Source: Octopus sinensis
Taxonomy: Eukaryota
Reading direction: 5' to 3'
Length of the DNA: 64,000 nt
Assembly: GCF_006345805.1 (NCBI RefSeq)
Contig: NC_042998.1
Span: 9,238,001 to 9,302,000 of the forward strand
The notes under the pieces are model-generated. The model was not told where the DNA came from, did not search any database, and was given only the letters and a program-made list of their open reading frames with translations. How positions within the stretch are numbered: position 1 is the first letter of the stretch; every line of letters begins with the position of its first letter. Position numbers and translations under genes: made by a program. Of the stretch, positions 38,219 to 51,553 are shown piece by piece.

Positions 38219-40007
38219 TAGGGAAATACATGAATATAGGAGTATCAGCTGTAAGTTTGTATGAAACACATGAAGGTTTATGCCCGAAGATTAAAAATGC
38301 TTCATCTTGTGTGATGTGTAGGTATTTTAGAAGAGAAAGAGCCTGGAATGTGAGGAAATAAGCAACACAACCATTATGCAGTATGGTTAAATTAGCAACG
38401 GAGCAATAGAGTGAGTATTGTGCAATCGTTTCTTCTATAAGAGATTTTGCACTTGATATGAAGAGTGGGACTCTCCTGACGGTTGTGGAACTGGCAAATG
38501 GAAAATCAACTGGGGAAGACCTGATAATCAGATATAGATATAAAAAGCTCACATTCAATATAAGGTATACAATGATGAATGAATGAATGAATGAATGAAT
38601 GTATGTATGTATGTATGTATGTATGTATGTATGTATGCATGTACACACACACACACACACACACACACAGATATATATATGCACATACACACATATGTAC
38701 ACACAAACACACACATTCATATATTTTTCTTTGCATGTGCATGAGAAAGAAAAGAGTGAGAGAGAAATTAAGAAAAAAGTTATTTGAGGATAAAACTATA
38801 ACTTTAGAATATATAAAGATTAGAATGACATTAAAAAATCAGACAAGATAATAAAATGAAGAAACAGAAGTTCCACTTTTATACAAATCATTTTTTAAAA
38901 ATCTCACTTTTGGTGGGATAATTATGTTACACTCAATAGCAATGTTGGCACTATATTTGTGTGTTTGTATTCACACACATGTATACACAGTGCCACATAA
39001 AAGCACCCAGCACACTCTGTAAAGTGGCAGGCATTAGCATGGTTTCTATGGCTGGATGCCCTTCCTAATGCCAACCACTCTGAGAGTGTGACCAGCACAG
39101 GTGCCACTTGTGTGACACCTGTATCTGCCACGAATGTGATTTTACTTGGTTTGATGGGTCTTCTTCTCAAGCATAACATAATGCCAAGGTTTCTGTCATT
39201 TGTCATTGCCTCCATGAGGCCCAACACTTGAAAGGAGCTTTTCCACATGCCGCAAGCATCAGCAACTTGGCCTCCATGAGGCCCAATGCACAAAAGATGC
39301 TTTTTACATGCCAGCTACATGACACCAGCACCAGCCACGACTATGATTTCACTTGGCTTGATGGATCTTCTTCTCAAGCACAACACAATGCCAAAGGTCT
39401 TGGTCATTTGTCATTGCCTCCATAGGGCCCAACACTTGAAAGGAGCTTTTTACATGTGACCAGCATGGGTGCCAGGTGTGTGACACCAGCATCAGCCATG
39501 ACTATGATTTCCCTTGGCTTGATGGGTCTTCCCAAGCACAGCATATCACCAAAGATCTCAGTCACTATGTAAATATATTTACATCATCATCATCGTTTAA
39601 CGTCTGTTTTCCATGCTAGCATGAGTTGAATGGTTCGACCAGGGTCTGGGAAGCCAGGAGGATGTACCAGGCTCCAGTCTGATCTGGCAGTGTTTCTACA
39701 GCTGGATGCTCTTCCTAATGCCAACCACTCCGTGAGTGTAGTGGGTGCTTTTGACGTGCCACCGGCACAGGTGCCAGGCGAGGCTGGCAGCTGCCATGAT
39801 CGGTTGGTGCTTTTTACATGTCACCGGCACAGAAACCAGTCAAGGTGGCGTTGGCATCGGCCATGTTCAGATGGTGCTTTTTACATGCCACTTGCACAGG
39901 TATCAAAATTACAATTTCCATTTGATATTTATTTTGATGTTGATGTACTTGACTCAATAGGTCTCCTCAAGCACAGCAGATATCTCTAAATATATGTATG
40001 TGTGTAA

Positions 40008-40445
40008 AAGATCAGAATAAAAGTGGAGATTTGGTTGTAGAAATCTTTTTTAGTTTTACACCGTAAGTTACATAATCTTTACACATGTTTCACAAGCATG
40101 TACTAGTATGCTATGTGGTAAGTATTACAAAGACAGTTGCTTAATCACCCTCTATGTCCAATCATCAGAAGGAAAGTGTAATTTATTCCATTGTTGGTTA
40201 CCAATATAAGTTGGTAGGCAGTTCTCAGATTGCATCAGCCTACCAGCTAACATTGGTAACCAACAATGAAATAAACTATGGCCTTCTTCTGATGATCTGA
40301 TATACAGGGTAATTATGCAATTAACAATTATAGCATAGCATGGCATACTAGAATATGCTAATGAAACCCATTTAAAGGTTATGCAATTTATTATGTCAAA
40401 ATAAATAATTTTTTACAACTAAATCTCCACTTTTATTCTGATCTT
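40008..40445. mobile_element. Fold-back MITE
   Basis: ~30-bp TIRs aagatcagaataaaagtggagattt.gttgta; second imperfect inverted pair at about 40161-40293. Confidence 0.7.
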
Positions 40446-42097
40446 AGATATACGCTCTATAATCTCTGTTTAATATCCAAAATTTGAGATGGAGAGCTGG
40501 CAGAATGATTAGCACACAGGGCAAAATGTTAAGTGACATTTCATCCGTTTTCACATTCTGGGTCCAAATGCTGCTGGGGTGGACTTTGCCTTTCATCCTT
40601 TCAGAATCAATAAAATAAGTACCATTTTGAACACCAGGGTCGATTTAATTGACTTAACTCCTCCCCCGAAATTGCTGGCCTTGTGCCTAAATTTGAAACC
40701 AATATGTAATTGAAATTTGGTCATACATGGATATACATGGAGTTCTAAGTGACAGTTGACCCTTATGCTTTCTCATTTGAAACAGATAAGGAAATACCCA
40801 ATATACAAAGCATCAAGATGATTGTGACTGGAACATCATAACACCTAAGTCCGCTCAATGATCACAGCTGGCCTGAATTAAACAGTAAGAGTAAGAACAA
40901 CATCATCAAAGTCACTGATAACAACAACAACAGTATATATTTCTTTACTACCCACAAGAGGCTAAACATAGAGGGGACAAACAAGGACAGACAAAGGGAT
41001 TAAATCGATTACATCGCCTCCCCCCCCCCAGTGCGAAACTGGTACTTTATTTATCGACCCCGAAAGGATGAAAGGCAAAGTCGTCCACAGCGGAAGTATA
41101 GCAGCAATCACAATAACAACAAGTAAACTACATTGTGTCCATAAAAATACAACGGTACAGTCATAGCAGGAATGCCACTGTAGATCTTCTTAATCATGGC
41201 AGACCAGGAAAAGGGGAGGCTAAGCAACAATAACAATACAGGAAAAATCAAATGGAAATTGTAGTTGTGATACCTGTGCCAGTAGCACGTAAAAAGCACC
41301 ATCCAAACGTAGCCGATGCCAGCGCCACCTTGACTGGCTTCCATGCTGGTGGCATGTAAAAAGGCACCAACCGATCATGGCTATTGCCAGCCTCCCCTGG
41401 CACCTGTGCCGGTGGCACTTCAAAAGCACCCACTACACTAACGGAGTGGTTGGCATTAGGAAGGGCATCCAGCCATAGAAACTCTGCCAGATCAGACTGG
41501 AGCCTGGTGCAGACTCCTGGCTTCCCAGACCACGGTCGAACCATCCAACCCATGCAAACATGGAAAATGGACATTAAACGATGATGATGATGATGATGAC
41601 CTCTCTGACGAAACAACTAAATGAAGAAGGAAAAAGAAACCATCATATCAGACAGAAGACAGAGTAAAGAATGCAAAACAGCACAAACAGTGTATAGCAA
41701 TACATTACGTTTGTTCAACAGGAAAATACAGCAACAATGTTGTACAAACAATATATCAGACCCATCAGTTATATTGGCAGATTTTTAACCTTCTTGGGAC
41801 ACCCAGGCCAATTTATCGTGATACAAACTGAAAGGACTTTGAGGCTGATCCGTTGGCCTGATGGAACAAATGTTATGAATGGTCGGTTTTGAAGTGTAAT
41901 AGCTAATCAGAGATTGTTTTTCAGAAGATGTATCTCAATAGAAAAAAAAAAAATTTGGTCTTTTTGGCTACACATACCAAAACACCATGTGTTTCAAAAG
42001 GGTTAAGTGAACTCCAATCTTCATCAAAATGTGTTTCAATTGACTTCATAGAACCCAAAACAGAGCCCTAAATATTATAACAGGTTGTACACCAAGT

Positions 42098-42142
<45 letters not shown>

Positions 42143-43030
42143 TGCTAAGATCGAAAAACCACATGGACATACATTTCATTGATGCAGTTTGTTTCTGTGT
42201 CAAGCTTCAGTCTCTGCCATTACCAGGGACCCAGATTCATACACAACACTCCAAATGTATTACTATAACAACACCCTGAAAGCTTTATTCTACCACTGGA
42301 CCTAGATAAACTTTACTAAAATAACACACACACACACATTAACTCACTACAATGTCTGAAGCTTCACTTGCCCTAAGTACTGCGTAGGGATGCAGAGCAT
42401 TAATAATCCTTTCTATTATAGGCACAAGGCCTGAATTATGGTGAGGGGGGGGGTGCTAAGCCGATTACATACACCCCAGTGCTCCACTGGTACTTTATTT
42501 TCCTAACTCTGAAAGGATGAAAAGTAAAGTCAACCGTGGCAGAATTTGAACTCAGAATGCTAAAAATGGATGGAAAGCCTCTAAGCATTTTATCTGGCAT
42601 GCTAATGATTCTGCCATCTCAACACCTTACACACAGCATTAATACTGCCATGCCATGCTAAGCCATGGGTTCTTATCTCCTAATGGAATTATAAGGATGC
42701 TGTCATGATATATTCATGCACATGAGTCATACTATCTACCATTTACTTTGAGAGAGAAGCCCTTCGTCGCCAACAGAGATAATAGTTCCCTGAACTTTTG
42801 TGTACCCTGTTCTTACTCTTGGCTACTAATGCTTTCAGAACATTCAAAAGAAGAGTACAAAATTCGCCAATATTTTAAGATGCAAGGACAATAGGTGTGA
42901 GGTATTCTGGATTACCAAGCAGTGTGCTAGAAAAAAAAATCAGAGTGTTATTGATGGGAAGTTTATATGGAACAATAGTGGAGACTGAAAAGTAAAAGGC
43001 ATGGAAATGCAATTATGAGAGATTACTTAA

Positions 43031-43240
43031 CCCTTTCGTTACTAATCCGGCTCTGGCTCTGAGTTCAAATGTCTTGTTTTCATAAATTTTGAATTAAAAT
43101 CTTCCACCAAACCTTAGTCACAATTTATGTTCCTAACACTTGCTGAATGATAACTAAGTTATTTTACTAAATTCTTTGTTATATTTAAAGTAATTGAAAG
43201 AAAAGCAGAACATCTCAAAATAAATTTAGTAACGAAAGGG
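43031..43240. mobile_element. piggyBac-type MITE
   Basis: TTAA TSD on both sides; perfect 14-bp TIRs ccctttcgttacta / tagtaacgaaaggg. Confidence 0.9.
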
Positions 43241-43258
43241 TTAATGTCTAAAATGTTA

Positions 43259-43726
43259 ACTGACACTCCATCAGTTATGATGACGAGAGATTCAGTTGAT
43301 TTGATTGGTTGGACAGCCTGCTCATGAAATTAACATACAAGTGGTTGAGCATTCCACAGACATGCATACACTTAACATAATTATCAGGGAGATTCAGTAT
43401 GATACAGAATTACAGGTACAACTCATTTTTGCCAGTTGGACGGACTGGAGCAATGCAGAATAAAGTGCCTTGCTCAACAAGCCACTGGGAATTGAACTCC
43501 CCATAATTCAGGCCTTGTGCCTATAATAGAAAGGATTATTAATGCTCTGTATCCCTACACAGTACTTAGGGCAAGTAAAGCTTCAGACACTGTAGTGATT
43601 TAATGTGTGTGTGTGTGTGTTGTTTTAGTAAAGTTTATCTAGGTCCAGTGGTAGAATAAAGCTTTCAGGATGTTGTTATAACAATCATGAGCTGAATACC
43701 CTAACCACTAAACCATGTGTCTTCAC
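43259..43726 (-). mobile_element. D/E hybrid SINE with a templated insert in its tRNA head
   Basis: E-type middle and D-type 3' end; the head is split by 43498-43680. Confidence 0.7.
43498..43680 (-). repeat. Inverted copy of 42264-42444
   Basis: About 180 bp with about 7 mismatches by eye, including non-TE sequence. Confidence 0.9.
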
Positions 43727-43734
43727 TTATAGAA

Positions 43735-45130
43735 AATGTATGGGACAAAGAGTGGACCTTATTGAAGGACCAGCCATTCAAGTTGACAGTAGTTTGATAG
43801 TGATTAAGTATAATAAAGACAGGGAAGGCTCCTGGATCTTCAGGAATCACCACTAAGATGCTTAAAATATTGGGTGATGTAGGATACAAACTAGTCACCT
43901 GCAATAGTCAGTCAGGTAATTCAGGAAGGTGTTATACCCAATAACTGGCTTAAAAGTAGCATTTGTCAGCTATTACATAAGCAAAGGAGATGTAATTACA
44001 GAAGGTAATTAAAGAGAGGTAATTACAGAAGTATCAAATTGCAAGACAGGTTACAGAAAGCAAATTAGCCCAATTGATTAGTATGAGAATTAACCAGGAT
44101 GAAATGCAGTTCAGCTTTGAATTTGGAAGGAAGAATATTACAGATGCTATCTTTTTAATGAAACAACTGTAGAAATACTTAGCCAAGAATAAGTCACTAT
44201 ATCTGGATTAGGTAGTCACTAAGAAGACTAGGGGGAGATGAATGGCTTGTGGCAGCCATATAAGCCATGTACAGAAGCAGTGTTAGCAAAGTGAGAATCA
44301 GCAATGAGTTTCAGTAACGAATTTGAAACTTAAATAGGAGTCTATCAGGAGTCTGTTTTCAACCCCTATCTGTTCATTATAGTCCTCCAAGCCAAAGCAG
44401 CAGAGTTTAAGACTAGCCACCCATAGGAACTCTTTCAGGCTGATGTCCATACATACACACATACATACACACACATACATGCACACACATATATACATAC
44501 ACGCATACATACATACATACATACACATACATGCACATATATACATACATACATTCATACACATATACACACACATACAAACATACGTATTCACACACAC
44601 TCATACTTACATACATACATGCACACATACATACGTACGCATACATACACACATACATATATACATAGACACATACATAGACACATACATACACACATGC
44701 ATACATACACACACATACATACATATATACACCTGAATCAGTGGTAGATCTAAAGAAAAAATTCCAGATGTGGAAGCAAAACCTACAACTGAGAGGTCTC
44801 AAAGTTTACTTAGCAAAGACTAAAGTATTAAAGTATCAGTAAGTAGGCGAGAAGATAGGGCCCTGCTACTATCTGGGAAATGGCTGTATTCACATGCAGG
44901 AAAGGAGTAAGTGGGAATTCCTCAGAGTGTACCTGGTGTAAAGTATGGCAGGCAAGAGATGCAGTGGGATCACACACAGACTAATGGAGAAGGTAGACTT
45001 CATATGCTCCAAGTGAACACAGACAGTAAGCACTGAGAGCTCAAGGGAGTCTATCAACTGCCCAGAAGGTTCCCTATGAGTAGTTGATAGCTTCTGCCAT
45101 TTAGACGATCTAATTAGTAGAGGTGGTGGC
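43735..45130 (+). mobile_element. Decayed RTE-clade LINE RT fragment, split by a (CATA/CA)n array
   Basis: Remnants GKAPGSSGITTKMLK, MQFSF, TDAIFLMKQL, YLFIIVLQA and a downstream Cys-rich segment; multiple stops. Confidence 0.7.
44446..44730. repeat. (CATA)/(CA) compound array
   Basis: Direct reading; splits the RTE remnant. Confidence 0.95.
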
Positions 45131-45189
45131 GGATATTCTTATACAATATATATAAGAGAATGAAGTGTATGTATGCCACTGTATATATA

Positions 45190-45850
45190 TATATATATAT
45201 ATAAAGTTAATCCAAAGATGAAAACACAAAGAGAAAACACAACAACGCGAGGACGTGGAACAAATATAGTATTATTGGATGCTCAGGAAGGAAGGGAAGA
45301 AGGAGGGTTTTACGTCTTGAATATATATATATATATATATATATCATCATCATCGTTTAACGTCCGTTTTCCGCACTAGCACGGGTTGGACGGTTCGACC
45401 GGGGTCTGGGAAGCCAGGGGCTGCACCAGGCTCCGGTCTGATCTGGCAGTGTTTCTACAGCTGGATACCCTTCCTAACGCCAACCACTCTGCGAGTGTAA
45501 TGGGTGCTTTTTACGTGCCAGGGGAGTCTGGCATCAGTCACGATCGGTTGGTGCTTTTAACGTGCCACCGGCACGGAAGCCGGGACAAGAACGCAAAAAG
45601 GGACAACAAAACATCCAGATAGATGATACAAAAAAACAAGGACAGGTCATTCGAAGCTTTCTATCCTCAATCAAGAACCGGATCATCCTCGCAATTTCGG
45701 CTGATTAATCTTGAGATTGCTCCAATCTGGCCAGCCCCAAGTAAAAACTAAGCAAAGAGCATTAGATTCCTTGGAAGAAAGCATCAAATGTATACAAAAA
45801 CAAGGATGGAAAAACAGACAATGTTACACAAATATACAATACAATATAAA
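45190..45850. mobile_element. Two PLE-like fragments (45190-45321, 45583-45850) flanking a family-C copy (45344-45582)
   Basis: The first resembles 29961-30137 (gctcagga...ttttac) and sits in TA runs. The second is assigned from recollection only. Confidence 0.35.
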
Positions 45851-45878
45851 TAAAATAAAAATAATATATATATAATAT

Positions 45879-46093
45879 TTTATAAGCTTAAAGGTTATGA
45901 GTGATCATCATGTGATGACTAAAGAAAATAGTCTAATATTGGGGCATATAAGCCCTAGACAGAAAAAATGTAGGGTTCTGGACTCACATGTACAAGAACC
46001 CTACTTTTTCCATTGATGGCTTATATGCCCCAATATTAGATTATTTTCTTTAGCCATTGCACGGTGATCGCTTATAAGCTTTAAGCTTATAAA
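45879..46093. repeat. Imperfect ~100-bp inverted repeat with 15-nt loop
   Basis: Arms about 45879-45979 and 45995-46093 (ttataagcttaaag...gtagggttct / agaaccctac...ctttaagcttataa). Confidence 0.8.
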
Positions 46094-46152
46094 GTATTAT
46101 CATTATTATTTACAGAATTGTAAAAATCAATGCTGCTTACCAAAAACCATCG

Positions 46153-46191
<39 letters not shown>

Positions 46192-46202
46192 ATAGATATA
46201 TA

Positions 46203-46527
46203 TACTCTTTTACATGTTTCAGTCATTTGACTGCGGCCATGCTGGAGCACCGCCTTTAGTCGAGCAAATCGACCCCGGGACTTATTCTTTGTAAGCCCAG
46301 TACTTATTCTATCGGTCTCTTTTGCCGAACCGCTAAGTGACGGGGACGTAAACACACCAGCATCGGTTGTCAAGCAATGCTAGGGGGACAAACACAGACA
46401 CACACATATATATATACACATATATACGACAGGCTTCTTTCAGTTTCCATCTACCGAATCCACTCACAAGGCATTGGTCGGCCCGGGGCTATAGCAGAAG
46501 ACACTTGCCCAAGTGTCTTCTGCTATA
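46203..46527 (-). mobile_element. 5'-truncated SINE-A ending in an 18-bp fold-back
   Basis: Head absent; arms 46490-46507 and 46510-46527. Confidence 0.85.
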
Positions 46528-48159
46528 TATATATATACACACATGTGTGTGTGTATGCATTACTATAACACTTATGAAGTGTGAGGCGGAAATTTTCCCA
46601 GTGAATATTGATGTGTGTGTACATTTTCTTGAATCACAAAAAACAACAACAGTAAAACAATAGCATGAACGTGATAAGCAACCCCAGCTAAATTTTAAAA
46701 ATAGTCACATGAGATAACGTGGTACCCTGGTACATTCTAAAAGTTGAAAGAAATGTCTTTGATCACTAGGTCAATGAGGATTGACTTGAGACTAAACGGG
46801 AACAACAATACAATTAACAAGAACAATATGAGCCACCACCACCACCACCAATACTGCCATTCCTACCGACCCAGCAACTTTTGAATAAACTAACTGGCAA
46901 CAACAATAATAGGATAAAATTGATAGCAATGTCTGTCGTTAAATATGTTGTTGTTGTTACTGTCTGTCTGTGTATGTGTGCATGCGTGTGAGTGTGTGTG
47001 TGTGAAAGCTGAATGTGGAGATTTTAAGTCAAATTTGTAAGGTCTAAATTAACTCTTCAATTAACTGTAATCAAACAATACTTCACCCACAACCTCATTC
47101 TTTCATATTCTCATTTCCATTCTTCCATTCATAGGATTTAGACAACACTAGTTTGCTCTCACAAAATACTTTCTTTCCTGGTACTTTTTTTTTTTTTACT
47201 AAATATTTGCTGTGGATAATTGTTGGTTGTCACTATTGTGGGATTTAGCTACAATTCGAGATGTCTGGAAAGAAGATATCAAGTGGGAAAACGATATCAA
47301 GATAGAAATAGCACATAAAGGATTATGCTAGGTATTGAATTTGATATTTTAAAAAAGACTGATGCAAGGGAAAAAAAAGAAACAAAAACAGCTACATGGC
47401 CAAAATATTAAAGCTTGCAACATCTGTAGGCAGAAACAAAATATAACAATCATAAGAAAAATTAAGTTAAATGCTCAAGAAATTACTCCATTAACAGTTC
47501 AGATCTTATCTTTTCATAGATCTACTGTGATGCTTAAAATGGTTTGGTTCTTGAATGAATGGATTAAGGATTAGAGCCAACATAATGTGCTGATAAGAAT
47601 GCTGGTAATTATATGTTATAGCATAGCTTCAAGTCAACCCTGATAAAGAATTCTGTCTTCTATTCAAACATACATTTTGTATATGAGACTACATTATCCA
47701 ATGTGTCTCCACTTCTTTTAAGAAAATAGGGTGTGTTTCAAGGGAAATCTAGCTGGCTGAGCAACTTTGCAGCAACACCCTTGTTGACTCTCCACAATCA
47801 TACTATGATGGATACCATGATGTAACAACACCTACTCTTTTGATACATTTATGTACCACCATCCCTGAAGCCTAACTGATGTGTCCCATGTTCTTCTCAT
47901 TATTTTCATTGTTTCTTGTTACCAAATACTTTATTCAATATTCTATCCTAGCGATGCAACCCCCAGGAATTTTACTGCGTCCATATATTTTGTACAGGTA
48001 TCAGTCTGTAAAAGTCCAAAAACTGAAACACCAACTGCATCAATCTCATCAAAGTATGATGTTCTGGAAAGGTTTCAGATAGTGCTCTTCCCATCTTGGA
48101 CTAAAACATACACATGCATGGCATGTGGATTTTCAAAGGTATAACATCATCTATATATA

Positions 48160-48349
48160 CTTTATTTAAAGCAGCAGAAAATTCAACAAAATCTGTTACT
48201 CTGAGTTTCACGTTGAACGGGAACGTGAAACTCAGAGTAACAGGTTTTGTTGAATTTTCTGCTGCTTTAAATAAAGCATATTACTCTACCACTAGTATTT
48301 GAGTACTCTTTTTTCCACCTTGTTTCACATTTATGTGTTTACTCCGGTA
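48160..48349 (+). mobile_element. Penelope-like fragment with a 55-bp inverted duplication
   Basis: Arms 48160-48214 and 48222-48276 (54/55 match), 7-nt loop, partial hammerhead core, TA runs on both flanks. Confidence 0.55.
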
Positions 48350-48384
48350 TATATATATATATGTATATGTATATATGAGCAAAA

Positions 48385-48680
48385 CTCCCACCCGCCCACC
48401 CACGTCCAATGGACGGTGCTGAAAAACTGCACGTGTATTTTTCTCACGTACGCGTAGTATCGATCGCAACAGCTGATGTACTTGCACGTACAAATGCACG
48501 TTCCCACAGCTTCATCGATCGCATTCTCACCTGGAATCGATTTTTGTAATTTTTTTCAAGACTCATACATGCCCTGATACCGTCAGTATCTACATATCAA
48601 ATTTGAGCGCAATCGGATGGAGGATGCCCGAGATCCTAGAAGACACACACACAGACAGACAATGGATTTTATACAATAGA
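48385..48680 (-). mobile_element. Helitron-like non-autonomous fragment, 5' portion only
   Basis: Minus strand starts A|TCTATTGTATAAAATCC then (tgtc)n. The body (caaatttgagcgcaatcgg, gagatcctag) resembles the Helitron at 17 kb. No 3' CTAG was found. Confidence 0.5.
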
Positions 48681-48728
48681 TAGTCATTATCCTCATCAAT
48701 TTCATTTAATGTCTACTTTCCATGCTAG

Positions 48729-49010
48729 TGATGTAGCAATAACCATTTTAGCCATTTTGAAATGTGGCACGTATTGCCGAAGAATTATCATTTTCGTTTT
48801 TTTCCATTGGTTAATATAACTGCTCAACGTGACTTAAAAAGAATCGAAATCCATGACAGATATTCTTTTCGAAACTTCTAGAATCTTTATATGAGCAGTT
48901 ATATTAACCAATGGAAAAAAACAAAAATGATAATTCTTCGGCAATACGACATTACGTCATATTGCCAATTCGCTCCACATTTCAAAATGGCTAAAATGGT
49001 TATTGCTACA
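48729..49010. mobile_element. Fold-back MITE with long TIRs, inserted in a family-C-like element
   Basis: ~37-bp TIR tgtagcaataaccattttagccattttgaaatgtgg plus a ~57-bp internal inverted pair; CTAG on both flanks (48725-28, 49011-14). Confidence 0.8.
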
Positions 49011-50091
49011 CTAGTATGGATGGTTTGATAGGGGCTGGCAAGCCAGAGGTCTATGCCAAGCTCTACTGTCTGCTTTGGCATGGTTTCTATGGATACGTGC
49101 ATTTCCTAATGCCAATCATTTTACAGAATGTACAAGGTTCTTTTTGCATGGCATCAACAACAACGAGGTCACCAAGAAGCTTGTTAGACAAGACTCCTCA
49201 ACAGAGAGCCAAGCACTATTGAAGGAGGTGGCTATGTGCCAGGTGATAAAGGGTTAGATTATGATAGAGGGACAGAAATAGGTGTCTCTTAGTAGAGGGG
49301 ATGCATGGCTACCTCAGATGGAGAGAAAGAGAGAGAGAAGATGAAGATGTTGGGACACACCCTCGAGTTACAGGGAAGTGCATATAAGAGAAGTGGTATT
49401 GGGGATTGCATAGTGATAGTAGGCAGCTAAGTTCATGAGTGCAAAAGAGGAGGCGGAGACAAAGGGGAGGGGAATGCAGTGAGTGAACATGGGTGGAGAC
49501 ATGCCTGTTGCTAAGGGAGTGCACTGGGTGGCACTGCCCCCCCCCTCACTATCCAATGGTGCATCCCTCAGATTTACAGTAATGCAACACTTGTTTGGAA
49601 ACTCCATTTTAGCATTATTACAAATTAGTTCCCACCCAGAATATTCTTAAGCACCTCCAGACACCAAAGTCTGACAATGGACCCGGGTGGGGGGAAGGAG
49701 CTGTTAGGAAGCCTGGTATGCATATGATTTAAGTATTCATCTAAATGAACTGATGACTCTGCCTGTGTAGGGTAATATACGTGTGTGTGTGTGTGTGTGT
49801 GTGTGTGTATTAGTTTATATTTTCTAAATTGTCGGTGAATAAAACAGGAAAGACTCAGATCAGCCCTGAAGCATCCTCATGACAATCCCTCTTTTTTCGG
49901 GTATAGGGTATCAATGATATTATCCAATGTGTACTTTCTTCCGTTCTTTTCTTTTCTTTTTGGGGGGCAGTAGGATGTGATATGAAAGAGAGGTTTCATT
50001 GTTAATTTGAGCAATTCTGGGCTGTTAATCTTTTTACGATTTCACTTATCCCTAACAGAAATCACTTCACATATTCTCACACACCTTCGCC

Positions 50092-50443
50092 GGCCTTGTT
50101 TCCTCATCACTTTCAGAATAATGAGTCATTTTTCATGAAATTTTCTACAAATACCTTTCAAAGTGTGTAAATTAAAGTTATATCGGAATTTAATATGAAT
50201 AAAAAATTTTTTTTAATGGTTAGTTCGTACACATATATACACTTCATAAATATCTACAAAATGAAACTTGAAAAATAGAAAACAAATTTGTGATGTGTGT
50301 CAGTAGACATGTATAACAAGTTCACCAGTTTTCTCTTTCATATTAGATTCCAATAAAATCGTAATCTACAGACTTTGAAAAGTATTTTTTGAAAATTCCA
50401 TTCAAAGATACTATTTTTCTGAACGATATGAGGAAACAAAGCC
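50092..50443. mobile_element. Possible old MITE
   Basis: Imperfect ~27-bp inverted ends ggccttgtttcctcatcactttcagaa / ttctgaacgatatgaggaaacaaagcc; no clear TSD. Confidence 0.4.
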
Positions 50444-51553
50444 AACTTGTGTGAATTTTCCGAAACTCCCCACTCCACCCTAGGAAAAAAATGTTCACAT
50501 TAAATTCCGATGTAATCGTAATCTGTATCATCTGAAGTGTATTTGTAAAAAATTTCATTTAAAGAATATCCATTTTTCTGGAAGTTGTGAGAATGTTGTC
50601 GGGGGCGGGATACACTCGTGTAGGTATGCCCACCACACAAGGTCGGCGGCGGGGGTGTTACTTGTGTAGGTATGCCCACCATTCGGTGCTGGTGTCACTC
50701 TAAAAGTTGCCATTCGCTTTCATGCACGTAAATACCACGAAAGGGTTTTCAGAAAATCGAAAATGAAGATTCTGCAAGTTTTTATGAAATTGGCATAAAA
50801 ACACGATAATAATCAGCGTGAAAGTTTAAAGTTGAAATGCAAGCTGACACTGTTAGATAGTTATATTTCACAACTTTGGACGGATTTTAAGAATCCAAAT
50901 TTATGCAACTTCAACCTGACAGAACATGCATTGAAATTTTGGGAAAGTTTGACTGCATTGATAGAAATTGCTAAGAGAATAGAGTTTGTATCGTTGCTAT
51001 TGAATGTAAAAAAAAAATCATGACAACAATGATACAAATGGATGATATGAAAAGAAACCACAAGAATTTTGTTACATTTATTGATAAAATCGATAATCGA
51101 GATCGAAAGTACCCCTTCGCCTCCCTCGTTAAGAACTCCCGATGTAGTTGCTCTGTCGCTGTACCCGCATCGATTCGTTCCTATTTATAAACAAGATGCT
51201 AAAACTACACTCGAAAATGGTAACTTGGCTGTGCATAAAGCGATTGGCGAAGAATAAAATGCAGTGAAAAAAAAAAAAAGCGACTAATTACCTTAATTTT
51301 TGACATATGTCAATTGGTTGACCCTTATGGAATAATAAAAATTGCGACTGTGGTCCGTTTCCAAGACAATACATGTCATATTTGTAAACAAAACTACTAG
51401 CGCCTCCTTACAGCGGTGAACTTATTAAAGAACGGAAAGCCAAAAAGTTTGCGCTGGGAGTGGGTGTGTTGTTTGCGAGTCTTCTTACTATTTTTTACCT
51501 AATTCGTCGATTTGAAATCCGCCAATTTGCTTCGGTTATTTTCGCTAACTTAC

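Noticed and set aside
50560-50700. Twice-repeated gtgtaggtatgcccacca in GC-rich sequence
   Set aside because: Probably a transposon remnant at the island edge; no termini could be defined.
51398-51417. CTCF-like motif tagcgcctccttacagcgg and an RFX-like half site near 51554
   Set aside because: Both are only partial matches and cannot be distinguished from chance without a PWM scan or ChIP data.
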